From Chrysomallon squamiferum (taxonomy: Eukaryota > Animalia > Mollusca), in the NCBI GenBank assembly GCA_012295275.1, contig CM022672.1, positions 11,470,001 through 11,534,000 of the forward strand: a stretch of DNA of 64,000 bases, given 5' to 3'. The notes below the pieces were generated by a model, which did no database searches, had not been told where the DNA came from, and was given only the letters and a program-made list of their open reading frames with translations. Of the stretch, positions 14,817 to 26,280 are shown piece after piece. Numbering within the stretch: the first letter of the stretch is position 1; the number at the start of each line of letters is the position of its first letter. The position numbers were made by a program, and so were the translations under genes.

Positions 14817-16372
14817 CTAACTTTTCCAAAATATTATTTTCCTATTATATATCAGTACTATTAGATCGAGTAAAAATGCATATTAAAATGACATCAAGAT
14901 CTCTTTGACAGCTTTGATATGAAAAAAGTTATGACTATATCTGAATAAACTTTTAGGGTATTTTTCATTTATAAACTATGGAGAAACTGGGATTTGTTTT
15001 TGTCATTTTGCAACATAAACACTGAATATCTGATGTAGTTTTAATCCATAATGTATGTATTATATAACAAAATGAAGCATTTAATAAGTTCTAAAGCTGT
15101 AGGCTATTCTTAAGCAACTTGCTAATACTCATCAATTTTAATTAACTAATTAATAACACTAAACTGCCTTATTTATGCAGTTCTCAAAAACTCAATGGAA
15201 ATTAAACCAATACACAAAAATATCTTCTTTTTTTCAAGAATTGTAGGGTCTTTTACATATTCAACATTTCAAGCATTTTGTTAACATTTTTTTTTTTTAC
15301 CAATTAATTAATAGCATTAATTAGTGTTAATTTGCCTTATGCCATCATTTTACAGATCTAATGTTTCACAAAAATCAAACTACTATGTCTCAGTTATATC
15401 TGATATTGGAGTATTTCAAAGGTCTATATGCTTCACACAACGTATTCCTCAATAAAATATTGAACTTGTAAGACATTGACTGTTGCTGCGTCATTTGCTG
15501 AGGACATCACTCATTTTGGTATTCAAAAATATCCATCTGCAACGTATTTGTATGAAATATGTCTGACTACGAGAAAGATGCATTATTTGTTATTTGTATA
15601 TTATTTAAAGTCTCAAGTAAGCTTGCCTTGGGCACACGACGATCATTTTGAAACGGTAAATTTGTCTGTTGATTCTCCGTTGTTTGACAAAGATGACATG
15701 TCAAAAAACAAATACTGTGATGAAGATGATTATTATATACCACGTAATCGCAAATTTTGTTTTGGAAATTATGCAAAAATAATGACGAAAGAGAAACGAC
15801 AACGAGGGAAACATCTTCAAGTTCAAGGTAAACAGTCACAACAATCAGACGACCTTCCGCAGCGACGCACGTTACCTCGTTTGTCACATACCTAATAATA
15901 TATATATATTATATATAATATAAAATTTAGTTTTTGAACTATCACTATTGACTATGGCTCCTTCAAATACATTAAATGACGTTATTTAAGAGATTCCAGT
16001 TGATATTATATTATAAATGTTATATTTATTTTTAGCATTTACATGATAATTATTGTCATATCGTATCATATATGACTATGCCACTGACGGTGGCAGCAGC
16101 AAGATATTACTCATTTACTGCCAGGTTTGCCTGAATACAAATAACCAAGCCCTGGACCTAGCCTAAACTTCACTTGTTATACCAATGGCAAAGCCTTTTA
16201 TTATAATTAATTACTTCGAATGCCTTGTCAGTATAATTTTCTGTCAAATAATAAACGATAATCGTTTTATTACCTTTCCTGATGCTGTTCCACCAGCTAC
16301 ACCGATCAAAAATGGCCTCTGTATAGGCTCTAAACGATTCATCCGTGGGCTGGACGATTTCGACGACGCCAT
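10007..16372 (-). CDS. UCK2: Uridine-cytidine kinase (UCK1/UCK2 family), 7 coding exons, 250 aa
   Basis: Exons 16372-16274, 14644-14485, 13756-13660, 12396-12254, 11567-11470, 10959-10911, 10113-10007. All introns are GT-AG with consistent phases, 753 nt in total. Motifs: P-loop [84 protein letters not shown] and C-terminal RPH* as in vertebrate UCK1/2. Confidence 0.96.
11870..11968. mobile_element. Short MITE-like relic in UCK intron 4 (longer copy at 23634-23881 in the duplicate)
   Basis: Inverted ends TGGCCGTAACTA and TAGTTCCGGTCA (TGGCTGTAACTA and TAGTTATGGCCA in the duplicate), with subterminal TGAGGCAAA/TTTGCCTCA inverted pair. Confidence 0.4.
13874..14352. mobile_element. Non-autonomous pogo/Tigger-like DNA transposon relic in UCK intron 2
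   Basis: Imperfect TIRs: AACCTTGGGTTACGAACTTAATTTGTTCC on the left and TTCATAACCCACGGTTCCACTG on the right, resembling Tigger-type termini. No ORF. Confidence 0.5.
14767..14815. repeat. (GT)n microsatellite
   Basis: Directly visible. Confidence 0.95.
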
Positions 16373-17816
16373 TTTATTTACAAAACAGAAATGCCTGATG
16401 CCGTTATTGATAATTGAGATGCGAAATAATTTAGAACCAAAATATAAGTACATATCTTGGAAGTTTTGCTAACCTAAGATAACAATGATTATCACATATC
16501 GTGTCTAAACTGGACGTATTATTTCATCATGCAGATTAACGACAACTATCAAAAAGTGGTTAAACGCTTTCAACAGTAAATGTAAATATAAGTCTAAAAA
16601 ATAAATGCATTATTTATATAATTATAGCTTTTTAAGAAGCTTATTTAATTTCATTTCATTTTATATTTCTTTTCTATTTTATTTTTTTATTTTAGTAATA
16701 ATACATTTTACTGTGTGATGGAGCCTCATTAGTGCCTCTTTTTCAGACTTGTTTTTAATCATAATTTTTGTTTTCTATTTAATAAATTAAATAATATTCA
16801 CAAAACACTTATTTTTATATGCCCATTTAAAGCAGAGTGTCTGCTACATTTTATGTTAAGTGTATTATTATATTACGGTAATATTTATTTATTAATGTCA
16901 GGAAATGGGGGTAACTACACTCAAACTAAATACTAGAGAGAATGCAGACGTCCGTGGGCTGATTAGAAGCTGTATTATATAATTATTATATAGTTTTATA
17001 TAATTCCGTTATTTTATATCCATAGCGAGTTTATAGCCGAAAATTCCACAAATAAACCCATATGCATACAATTCGGCCATTCGGGATTACACTTCAGAAC
17101 TGGTTGCCATCATCAGTTATGCTATGGGTAAAAACATAATAATGACGGAACCTCATTAGTGCCTCTTCGCCAGACTTGTTTTTAATTGTAATTTGGTTTT
17201 CTTTGTAGTGAATTATAGAATATTCACAAAATCCCTAATTTTATATGTCCGGTTAAAGCAGAATGTATGCTACCTGTTATCTTAAATATCTTATTATATT
17301 ACGGTAATATTTATTTAGCTATCTTGTATAATCATGTTTATAATTTTTATTTTTATAGTTCTTAACTGTTTACCTAAATAAAGACAGAAAATGGGGTTAA
17401 ATACACAAAAACTAAATAGCAGAGCGTATGCAGACGTACAACGACTGTTTAGAAGCTGTATTATAGAACTAAAACGTATTTAGAAAGATCAAGTGAAGCA
17501 ACTGGTCTTAATTAGTTTTGTATTATTTGTCAACTCTGCTTTGATAACGCATCGTCGAATCGTACGTTTTAACTATATAACTATATATTACCCTTTAGGG
17601 TTAATTTGTGTAAACTACATATATATATAACAATTATTCATACTGAATTCGTGTCTGTGTTATTGTTCTCAAGTGGATACAGAATAGTCATATAGTAGTT
17701 TAAGCTGTCTCAGATAATTAACACATTGTCACGTGACGCTATTGTAGTCTGCTACCCTTTAGACGGGACGAGCCAAATTTTATGTAGTAATACCACTCAG
17801 ACTAGTCACCGTGACA

Positions 17817-18340
17817 GAAACACACAGTCATATTCTAGGACAGCCTCAGTTCCATCACCTCCATACAATCTGGACATTCCATCAAACCAGACCTACTTGA
17901 CAAAATATACCATCTACACGAAGACATATTACGTAACAACAAACTAATCATGCACTATTAAACAAATGAAATTCTATCCATCGCGACCAAGCATTACGAC
18001 AAACGGTGGCAAAATGAATGGAATAATACTAAAAACATCTTGCATTTCAATATTAAACCACTCATCAAAACACCTAAAATCACTCTGACTAACAAACTAC
18101 ATAACAACAATCTTACCAAAATCAGAACTGGCTACTCGACAGACCTAAAAGCAGTCAGATTCAAATGTAAAATCACCACATTACCCAACACCTTGGCACC
18201 AGACATGAAAAATAGAGAGCTAATCCTCGCTGCAGTAACAACTTACATTGTGAACACAAAATACAAACTTTAAACTCAAGCAGATGAAAGTTTGATTTTA
18301 TTATTATTATTATTATTATCATTATTATTATTATTATAAA
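17817..18340 (+). mobile_element. 3' fragment of a non-LTR retrotransposon (I/Nimb/Ingi-like ORF2 C-terminus)
   Basis: Translates to VPSPPYNLDIP and WQNEWNNTKNILHFNIKP...LTKIRTGY, resembling the WQ..W...IKP...L.RLR.GH motif near the end of I-group ORF2. Stop at 18273 is followed by an (ATT)n tract at about 18298-18337. Confidence 0.55.
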
Positions 18341-19149
18341 CACAATTACAATCAAAACACACCCTATACAAAACAATAACAATAAATAAACAAATTAATT
18401 GACTTACAGATTGATTGGTTGAGCAGCTGATTGATCTACCGATGAATCTGCTGATTGACGAATTAAGTGACTAGCCGATTAAACTAACCTAAGAAAAAAA
18501 AAAATAATAATAAATTAAAAATAATAATAACTTACTTTCAGACTGTAGGACCAAATATTAACCAGGCTATCGGAATTTAAAACTGTACATAATAAATATA
18601 AATACGTTAACTACTTTCTTATTCTTATTCTTTTCAGGTTCAGAACTAAATTTATCATTTCAGGCTTGAACAAGAGGAACTAAAAATTAAATAACCTAAC
18701 ATAGGTCAAATGAAAGTCTGTCAACACTTGTAAATACGTTCAGCACAAACTGGCTACTACATGTTGTTCACGTGTATGAAAAAACATTGGCAAAAAAAGA
18801 AAAAAGAAAAAGAAATTGGCAATTGTTGGATGATAAAGATGAAAATGTCAAGAGCGCCCAAGAACAGAACAACAAATAGGACCGGACCTTCACGAACCAG
18901 GTGATGAAAACAAATTGAACGAACTGCACAAGTCCCGGAGCACCAACGAGCGGAAAGCAACAACAAAACACCGCAACCAGTTCGTTAAGATTCGATCTGT
19001 TCAAAACTCTCTTGTGTCATGCAAACGTAAAGAGAATCGCTTTCTCTTTCCTTCCCCAATATTTTTTTCTGAGACAGACGCACCCTCTGAAAAGAGATAA
19101 TGATAAGGTTGTTGGATTTATTCAGAGAGATAGGAATTTGGAGGCAGTT

Positions 19150-20660
19150 AGGTTGCCAGATATGCCAAGTAGGAATAAAGTTGACGCCTATGTGTCTAGT
19201 GGCGAGATTTTCTGTATGTTGCAAACAGATATTACTGAATAATTGACGATTTTCAGAGATACCGGGGCATATCAAAGTTTAATTCTTGAAAATGCCTTAA
19301 ATAAAGTATCATATACACAGACAGGGACAAGTGTTCCAGGTGTTTCTGCATTCGAAATTTGTGTTAGGTAATGTAGTGTTAGGAGTTATAGCTCAGTTAC
19401 CTTTTGTGAATGAAGATTTGTTACTTGGAAATGATTTAAGAGTTAGATGTTATCACAGAGATTGTGATATTTTAGAAGTAGCGGAGTCGCCTGTTGTAGT
19501 TGAACGAGACGTTACTGTATCCGGCTTGCGTTACTACCCGATCCAGGTCTGCAAAAGTTAAATTGCCAGATGTAGAACTTATAGATTTGTCAGAAACGTT
19601 TGTCAGTCATTCAGCACAGACGGAAGCAGCAAAGCGTAATGTTAGCGTATCGGCTGATATGTCGGGATCACGTAATCCAGTAATAAGCGGTAAGGAACCA
19701 GAAAGGTGTGATATTTCGCGTGTGCCTTGGGACAAAGTTTGTCTCCATAGAGATCAAAAATCCGACCAGACACTAAAATGTGTTTGGTATAAGGTGATAG
19801 ATTACAAATTAATAGTTAAGCATAAAGAATGTTATTACCTAAACGAGGATGTGTTGATGAGAAAAAATAAAAGTGGTTGCCGAGAATTATGAGTTGACTG
19901 AACCTTATAAAATCATATTAATTAGCAAATACTGGAGAGAGATATTGAGTTCAGGTCATGAAAGTCTCTTTGTTGGACACTTGGGGAGGACAAAAACGTA
20001 TGCCGGAGTGCCCGCTGATTTTTATTGGCCTGGTTTGTTTCAGGATACGAGTGATTTTTGTGAGATCGTGTTGCGTGTCAGATCACAGGGAAGCCCAACC
20101 AAAAGATCTCACCCCTACCCTTGCAAACTATCCCTGTTGACGGTGATGTTTCACGAACCGATTTCCGAATGCTACCCTTTTGCGTAACGTAAATGCGATC
20201 GTAATCATTAAAACATTAATTAAATACTGTTCAATGACCAGTCTATCTAGCGAAATTCAGTCTGACGGGGGAAGTAACTTCATGTCAAAATTATTCCAGC
20301 AAGTCACGGTCTGTTAGAAATCCATCAGGTACACCACAACACACAGCGATTAGAACTATTTCAACCAATCAGAGAGCATCACTCACTTGTTTCAAGTTAC
20401 ACCAAACTTTCTACGCTGGCCACGCTCATTACATCCCTGCTCAGAAAAGATGTGAAATTTCTTTGGACGGAAGAGTGTGAAAAAGCATTTCTCTTGAAAA
20501 AAATGTTGTCGAATCCCATAATGGCTGCACCTAATTACCGATGTCCCTTTAAACTAGCCTGTGATGCTAGACAAGTAGGATCGAGAGCTTTCTTATTCCA
20601 AGAAGCCAAAATTGGACTTGACCATCCAGTCAGCTACTTTTCACGAGACAAGTTATTAAT
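19150..20660 (+). pseudogene. Frameshifted pol remnants: aspartic protease, integrase (H2C2 and core), RT thumb/RNase H
   Basis: Protease FRDTGAYQSLILE (DTG at 19258-19266) and VLGVIAQLP..DLLLGNDL; YPACVTTRS; integrase zinc finger GHESLFVGHLGRTKT...FYWPGLFQD; integrase core EIQSDGGSNFMSKLFQQV (about 20252-20305); then SLLRKDVKFLWTEECEKAF and PFKLACDA...DHPVSYFS (about 20410-20645). Confidence 0.88.
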
Positions 20661-21724
20661 TATTTGAAAGGAGATATTTTGACTGGTGCGCCTTCTTGCG
20701 ACACGTTGTCCGAGGGACGTGTGCTCAACACAAAGTACCACTCAGGCAATGGTAATTATGATTTAAATGTGGGTTTTTTAATGTTGATGGATAAAAGATA
20801 GTCAAGAATATTTCTGTTGGGGATTTTATTGTGTTATTCCGTGGTACGTACTTACGCTTGAAAACTAAGTAACAAACTAAAATAACTTATTTTAATAACT
20901 AAAAGATAAGCTAGAAAGTTAAAGTAACCAACTGGGGGGCTTAATTATTGTAGTATTATTTATCAACATTATTCGCATTTATACGTTATCGTTCGAATCG
21001 TACAATTAAATTATATGTTACCATTGAATGATTGATGGTTAATTTATGTGGAATATACATATATATAAAACAATTACCCATATTCAATTCTTATTTGCCT
21101 TATTGTTCTTTAATGGATAGAGAATAGTCATTTAGTAGCTTAAGCTGTCTCAGACAATTAATAACTTGTCACGCGACGTTATTATAGTCTGCTACCCTTT
21201 AGACGGGACGAGCCAGACTTTAGGTATTAATACCACCGTGTCATACGGCATTACACAATGCACTGTGCTTGGTTAATGAAGGATCATTTGTGTTTTTCTG
21301 TTTACGGATAGGCATAACTGGGAGTGTATTCTTTTTAAGTTGATTTTACCCGACCGAATTAGCGATAGCAAGTTTACTCTTACAAACTGTATTTCAAAAA
21401 TAATAAATAAATAATAAATAAATAAAAATTAAATTACTTGAATGATACTTATAAGGCATCGACAGTAAGGCACGCCCATATGACAATGTCTAGTAAACGG
21501 CTGGTTCGGTCTAATCATAACTGTTTCTGACCAGCCACACCAGTCATGTTGATGTTTTCAAATGATTGTAATGATCAATCTTTGTTAATAACAAAATATA
21601 ATTTTAGTTTTGTTAATATATTTTAGTACATAAAAATCCAATAACAACAATAAAAATTAATAAATAATAAACCAAAATCAAAAATTAAAAAATCCACAAA
21701 ATTATTGCAGTTAGTTGTGTTTTT

Positions 21725-24700
21725 TAACCTGAGAATCCTATTATAAAAATGTTCAAATACTTCCCTTTAAATAATAAGCACTTTGAATGAAAAGATATTC
21801 TTACTGATAAATATAAAATTGGAAAACAAAATGACCTAAAGGTTTTGAAACAAACAAGCTAACACAAAATTAAAAAAGCAGTTTAACACACAAACACCCA
21901 CACACATTATTCCAATAAAACATAGCTTTGTAACTAGTTAAAACACCACAAATAAGCATAGTTTTATAAGTAGTTAAATAGATGTAACTAGCTGATTACA
22001 CATTTTAGATTCAGTGTATGATATCAGCATCAAGATATAAGCTGGATCTCTGCTCTTTGCTGATTTTATTTCCTTTTTTTCTTTTCTAGCTGTCACTTTC
22101 CAAGCTATCATCTTGTTTTGTGGTTGTGTGTTGAGTCTCACTAATGGACTACAGTTCTTTCTAAGTCATATTTAGTGCAGTGAATAACAGATGGGACCAG
22201 TGATCAATGAGGTCTGCCCACAAATGAATCAGAATTGTGTCGAGATCTTTTTGAAGCACTTACTGGCCTCATGAGCTCCTGGATATGTTGCACAATAAGG
22301 TCTATAGCAACTGGAAAAAATATTTTTTTAAATTAAATTACAAAACACTGAGAATAATACAAACAAAACCAGGAAATGGTTTAATTTAACAGTGCACAGA
22401 AAAGATTTTAAATCTATATTTAACAACAGCAGCAAAGAATCTTTTGTACACACATTTGTGTAGATTAGAAAGCATGTTGTAATGTTAAATCAATTTACTG
22501 AAACAGATAATAGTCCTATAAGACTGATCCTAAAACCTTTCATCTCCTTGAACTAAAGGTTAGCATTGCTGTTTTAAGTTCTACTTAATAAGTAAGTGTG
22601 TAAGTAAATAAATTGATATGTAAACTAAAACATTTCATTGTTAATAAATTAAGTGGTATATGTATTGTAAATTATAACCCCACCACAAACATATGTATTT
22701 TCTGTTTATGAAACAATAAAATTATTATTTTTAGCCCCATTGCTGTAACAAATAAAACAGACCTGAAAAATAATTGATTTTTTTTTTCTTTTTATATCAC
22801 TCTACACATTATCCTATCTGTTACATACTTACATTGTGTTACGTTTTATTTATATAACATTATGAGTTAAGATGGATGCTTTACCACCAAATAAATTCTT
22901 CAAATGATTAACAGACAGCACACAGGCCAGTGAGATATCAATTATTCTGATTTTAATAAACCTGTGGGCACTGAGAGCAGGGTTTGAGCCTGTGGCATAG
23001 CATGTCCCTGACTTAAGCTTTAACCATTTAGCTGAGATGAACAAACTCACCTGTATTGTCTGCTCCTCTGGGAATTATCACATCTGCGTATTTCTTTGTC
23101 TACAAGTAAAATACATTAAGACATATAACATCAAAATAAATTATTATGATAAAAGATCTGGAAAAGGTAACATCTTTTTTATTTTTTTATTTAAATTCAT
23201 TTGCTGATTATTTTGAAAAAGAAAATACAAGTGGTATACTAGTTTAAAAAAAAAAAATTCTTTAATACAAAATATGAAATTATGACTCAATTTAGATAAA
23301 TAATTTGACATAATTTTAAATATTTTATAATAAAAAATTAGGGGCATTTTTTATTAAATAATGATTTAAAAAAAAAAAAAAGTATTATTTTTTTCAATGT
23401 ATGTATTCTTTCCACAATGTATAGTTAGACAGACAGATACATGATACTTAAACAAACAGATAGACATACAGACAAATCGACAGATAAATACAGACAGACA
23501 GATAGCAAACATGTACACATAATTATATGTATGTATATATTTACATTTAATTTATACTCTACCAGTGTAACAAGTGAACAGAATGAGTGAAAAATTAATT
23601 GTAAGATTGTCTTAAACATGCATAACTACTGAAATGGCTGTAACTAGACTCTTTTCAAAATGAGGCAAAACCAGTTACTCACTGAGCAGAGTGGGATAAA
23701 AAAATAGGGTGAGGGGTTTCAGGGCCAAATGTATTCAGTGGATATCATTTCTATTGGAATAGAGATTTATATTTTATATTTTTAAAATAAAGTCTTATAA
23801 AAAAGAAATCAATGTTTTTATATATATTTTTTTTTTTTTTACCTATAGTATGAGGCATTTGCCTCAATGTAGTTATGGCCATGACTGACCATCATCAAGA
23901 ATTGATCCAGCCTGCTGTTAGAAACCCAATAACAATTATAACAAATAATAAATAAGAAAAGAAAATAATTTTTTTTTAAATACTTCACACTTAATATTTG
24001 GCAATTGCAATGATTTACTCAGTGTATAGAGGGTTTTTGTTGTTAGTGCAACTGTCTATTTCAGTGTATGAAATCATACTTCCAAAAAATGTTACCTTTA
24101 ATGTGTTATTAAGAAATTTTATTCTTATATTTTATTATTAGCATAGATTCATTATTAGTAGGTTAAAAAAAAAAAAAAAAAAAAAAAGTCACTTGGAAGT
24201 TTACAAAAATAGACAAAAATATCTGGTAAGTGATTTTAAATACTTCATACAGCCTACCCAAAGGTAAATTGTTAAAGAAAATACTTATCTGTACAAGTTT
24301 TCAAATAATATTTACCTCTTCTTGAAAGCCTAGTGTCAGGGTCTGTATCAACAAATAACTTCATGTGGAACATGTCTCGCAGTTCCTTAGGATAAAAGAC
24401 TAGAATTCCTTCAAACAGAATAACATCAGAAGGATATATTCTGTGCCCTGAGTCCTCCCTGCAAAATATAATTATTTCAGTTATTTATAAAAACAGCTAT
24501 AATGATCAGTGAGCAAAGAATTAAACTCTGAGTATTCACACTATATTTAGGTGCCTTCTCAATAACTGAAATACATAAATTTATGAAAACATTCAAAAAA
24601 TAAAGAAATCAATTTTATTATTTTTTAATTTGTATATATCAAATTTGTTTTTTTGGTATTTTTGTTAAATAGAAAGCCTAGTGTCAGGGTGTGTATCAAC

Positions 24701-26280
24701 AAATAATTTTATGTGGAACATATCTCGCTGTTCCTTTGGGTATATTCAGTGCCACCAGCTACACCGATCAAAAATGGCCTGTGTATTATGTATAGGCTCT
24801 AAGTTTAAACACTTGTTATGCCATTGCCGTTTATTACAGTTATTTACTTCGAATTTACTGTCAAATAATAAAAAGATAATCGTTTTATTACCTTTCCGGA
24901 TGCTGTTCCAATTACACCGATCAAAAAGTTGAAAAATGACTTTCAAATAAATGACGTTATTTAAGAGATTCAAGTTGATATTATATTATAAATGTTTTAT
25001 TTATTTTAGCATTTACATGATAATTATTTTCATATGGTATCATATATGATTAGCCACTGACGGTGTCAGCAGCAAAATATTACTCATTTACTGCCAGGTT
25101 AGCCTGAATACAAATAACCAAGCCCTGGACCTAGCCTAAACAGTAAACTTCACTTGTTATACCAATATATTATAATTAATTATTTTGAATGCCTTGTCAG
25201 TATAATTTTCTGTCAAAATAATAAACGATAATCGTTTTATTACCTTTCCTGATGCTGTTCCGCCAGCTACACCGATCAAAAATGGCCTCTGTTTAGGCTC
25301 TAAACGATTCATCCGTGGGCTGGACGATTTCGACGACGCCATTTTATTTACAAAACAGAAATGCCTGATGCCGTTATTGATAATTGAGATGCGAAAAAAA
25401 TTAAAACCAAAATAAAAATACATATCTAGCAAGTTTTATTAACCTAAGATAACAATGATTATCAGATATCGTGTTTAAACTGTAAGTACTATTTCATCAT
25501 GCAGATTAACGACAACTATCAAAAAGTGGTTATCATACTGTTTGTCATTTCCCCATTTCGTAAGATCACCTGCTTATTATAATTATTATAGATATGTATT
25601 AAATATCTTCATGATTTCTTCCGAAAATATAAAAATAAAAAAACGTCGCGCTCGTAACTTTTAAAATTGTGATAACGATACGAAGCCTTTAATAAATTAA
25701 GATTTTTTGAGGTTATGTCCGATAATAAACAAACAGCAATATTTAACTTTCAAACTGATAGATAGCCGTACACATTTCGACTGAATTTTTATTTATCAGT
25801 CTAATTATATTTCTAATAATTTATGTTTATGCTTAATAATTTATCTATTTTGTGTTTAGAAACTTTAAACGCTTTCAACAAATAATGTAAGTACAAGACA
25901 GTTTAAAAAATAAATTACATTATTTATATAATTATAGCTTTTTAGGAAGTTTATTTTATTTTATTTCTTTTCATTTTATATTTATTTTATTTTATTTTAC
26001 TTTGTTTTGTTTTATTTTAGGAATAATACATTATACAGCATTACACAATGCACTGTGGTTGGTGAATGAAGGACTATTTGTGTTATTCTGTTTACGGATA
26101 GGCATAACTGGGAGTGTATTCTTTTTAAGTTGATTTTACTCAACCGAGTTTACTCTTACAAACTGTATTTCAAAAATAATAAATAAATAATAAATAAATA
26201 AAATCAGAACCATAGGAAAAATATAATTAAATTACTTGAATGATACTTATATAATATTATGAAAATTAAAATAAGGCATC
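21725..26280. repeat. Segmental tandem duplication unit of the UCK locus (3' UTR pieces to upstream region)
   Basis: 21725-21920 matches about 7838-8040; about 21920-22050 matches about 7550-7690; 22046-25532 matches 9825-16562 with deletions; 25865-26035 matches 16560-16710; 26039-26280 matches 21249-21460. Confidence 0.85.
22204..25342 (-). pseudogene. Partial tandem duplicate of the UCK gene (exons 1, 4, 6, 7 retained; 2, 3, 5 absent)
   Basis: Near-identical exon copies at 25342-25244, 24458-24316, 23099-23051 and 22310-22204 with intact splice sites and alignable flanking introns. No copy of exons 2, 3 or 5 was found. Splicing exon 1 (phase 0) to exon 4 (phase 2) frameshifts. Confidence 0.85.

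Larger units (their letters stand above)
16714..21243 (+). mobile_element. Decayed Gmr1-like Ty3/gypsy LTR retrotransposon (composite)
   Basis: Begins TGTGATGG (16714). The left LTR ends CCGTGACA (17816) and the right LTR remnant ends CCGTGTCA (21243). Direct repeat 17490-17816 vs 20921-21243. Flanking 5-mers are TACTG and TACGG. Internal pol remnants are present. Confidence 0.8.

Noticed and set aside
20931-20941. CTGGGGGGC as a tRNA-Pro PBS or polypurine tract
   Set aside because: Lies inside the region homologous to the left LTR and has no extended tRNA complement; cannot be assigned.
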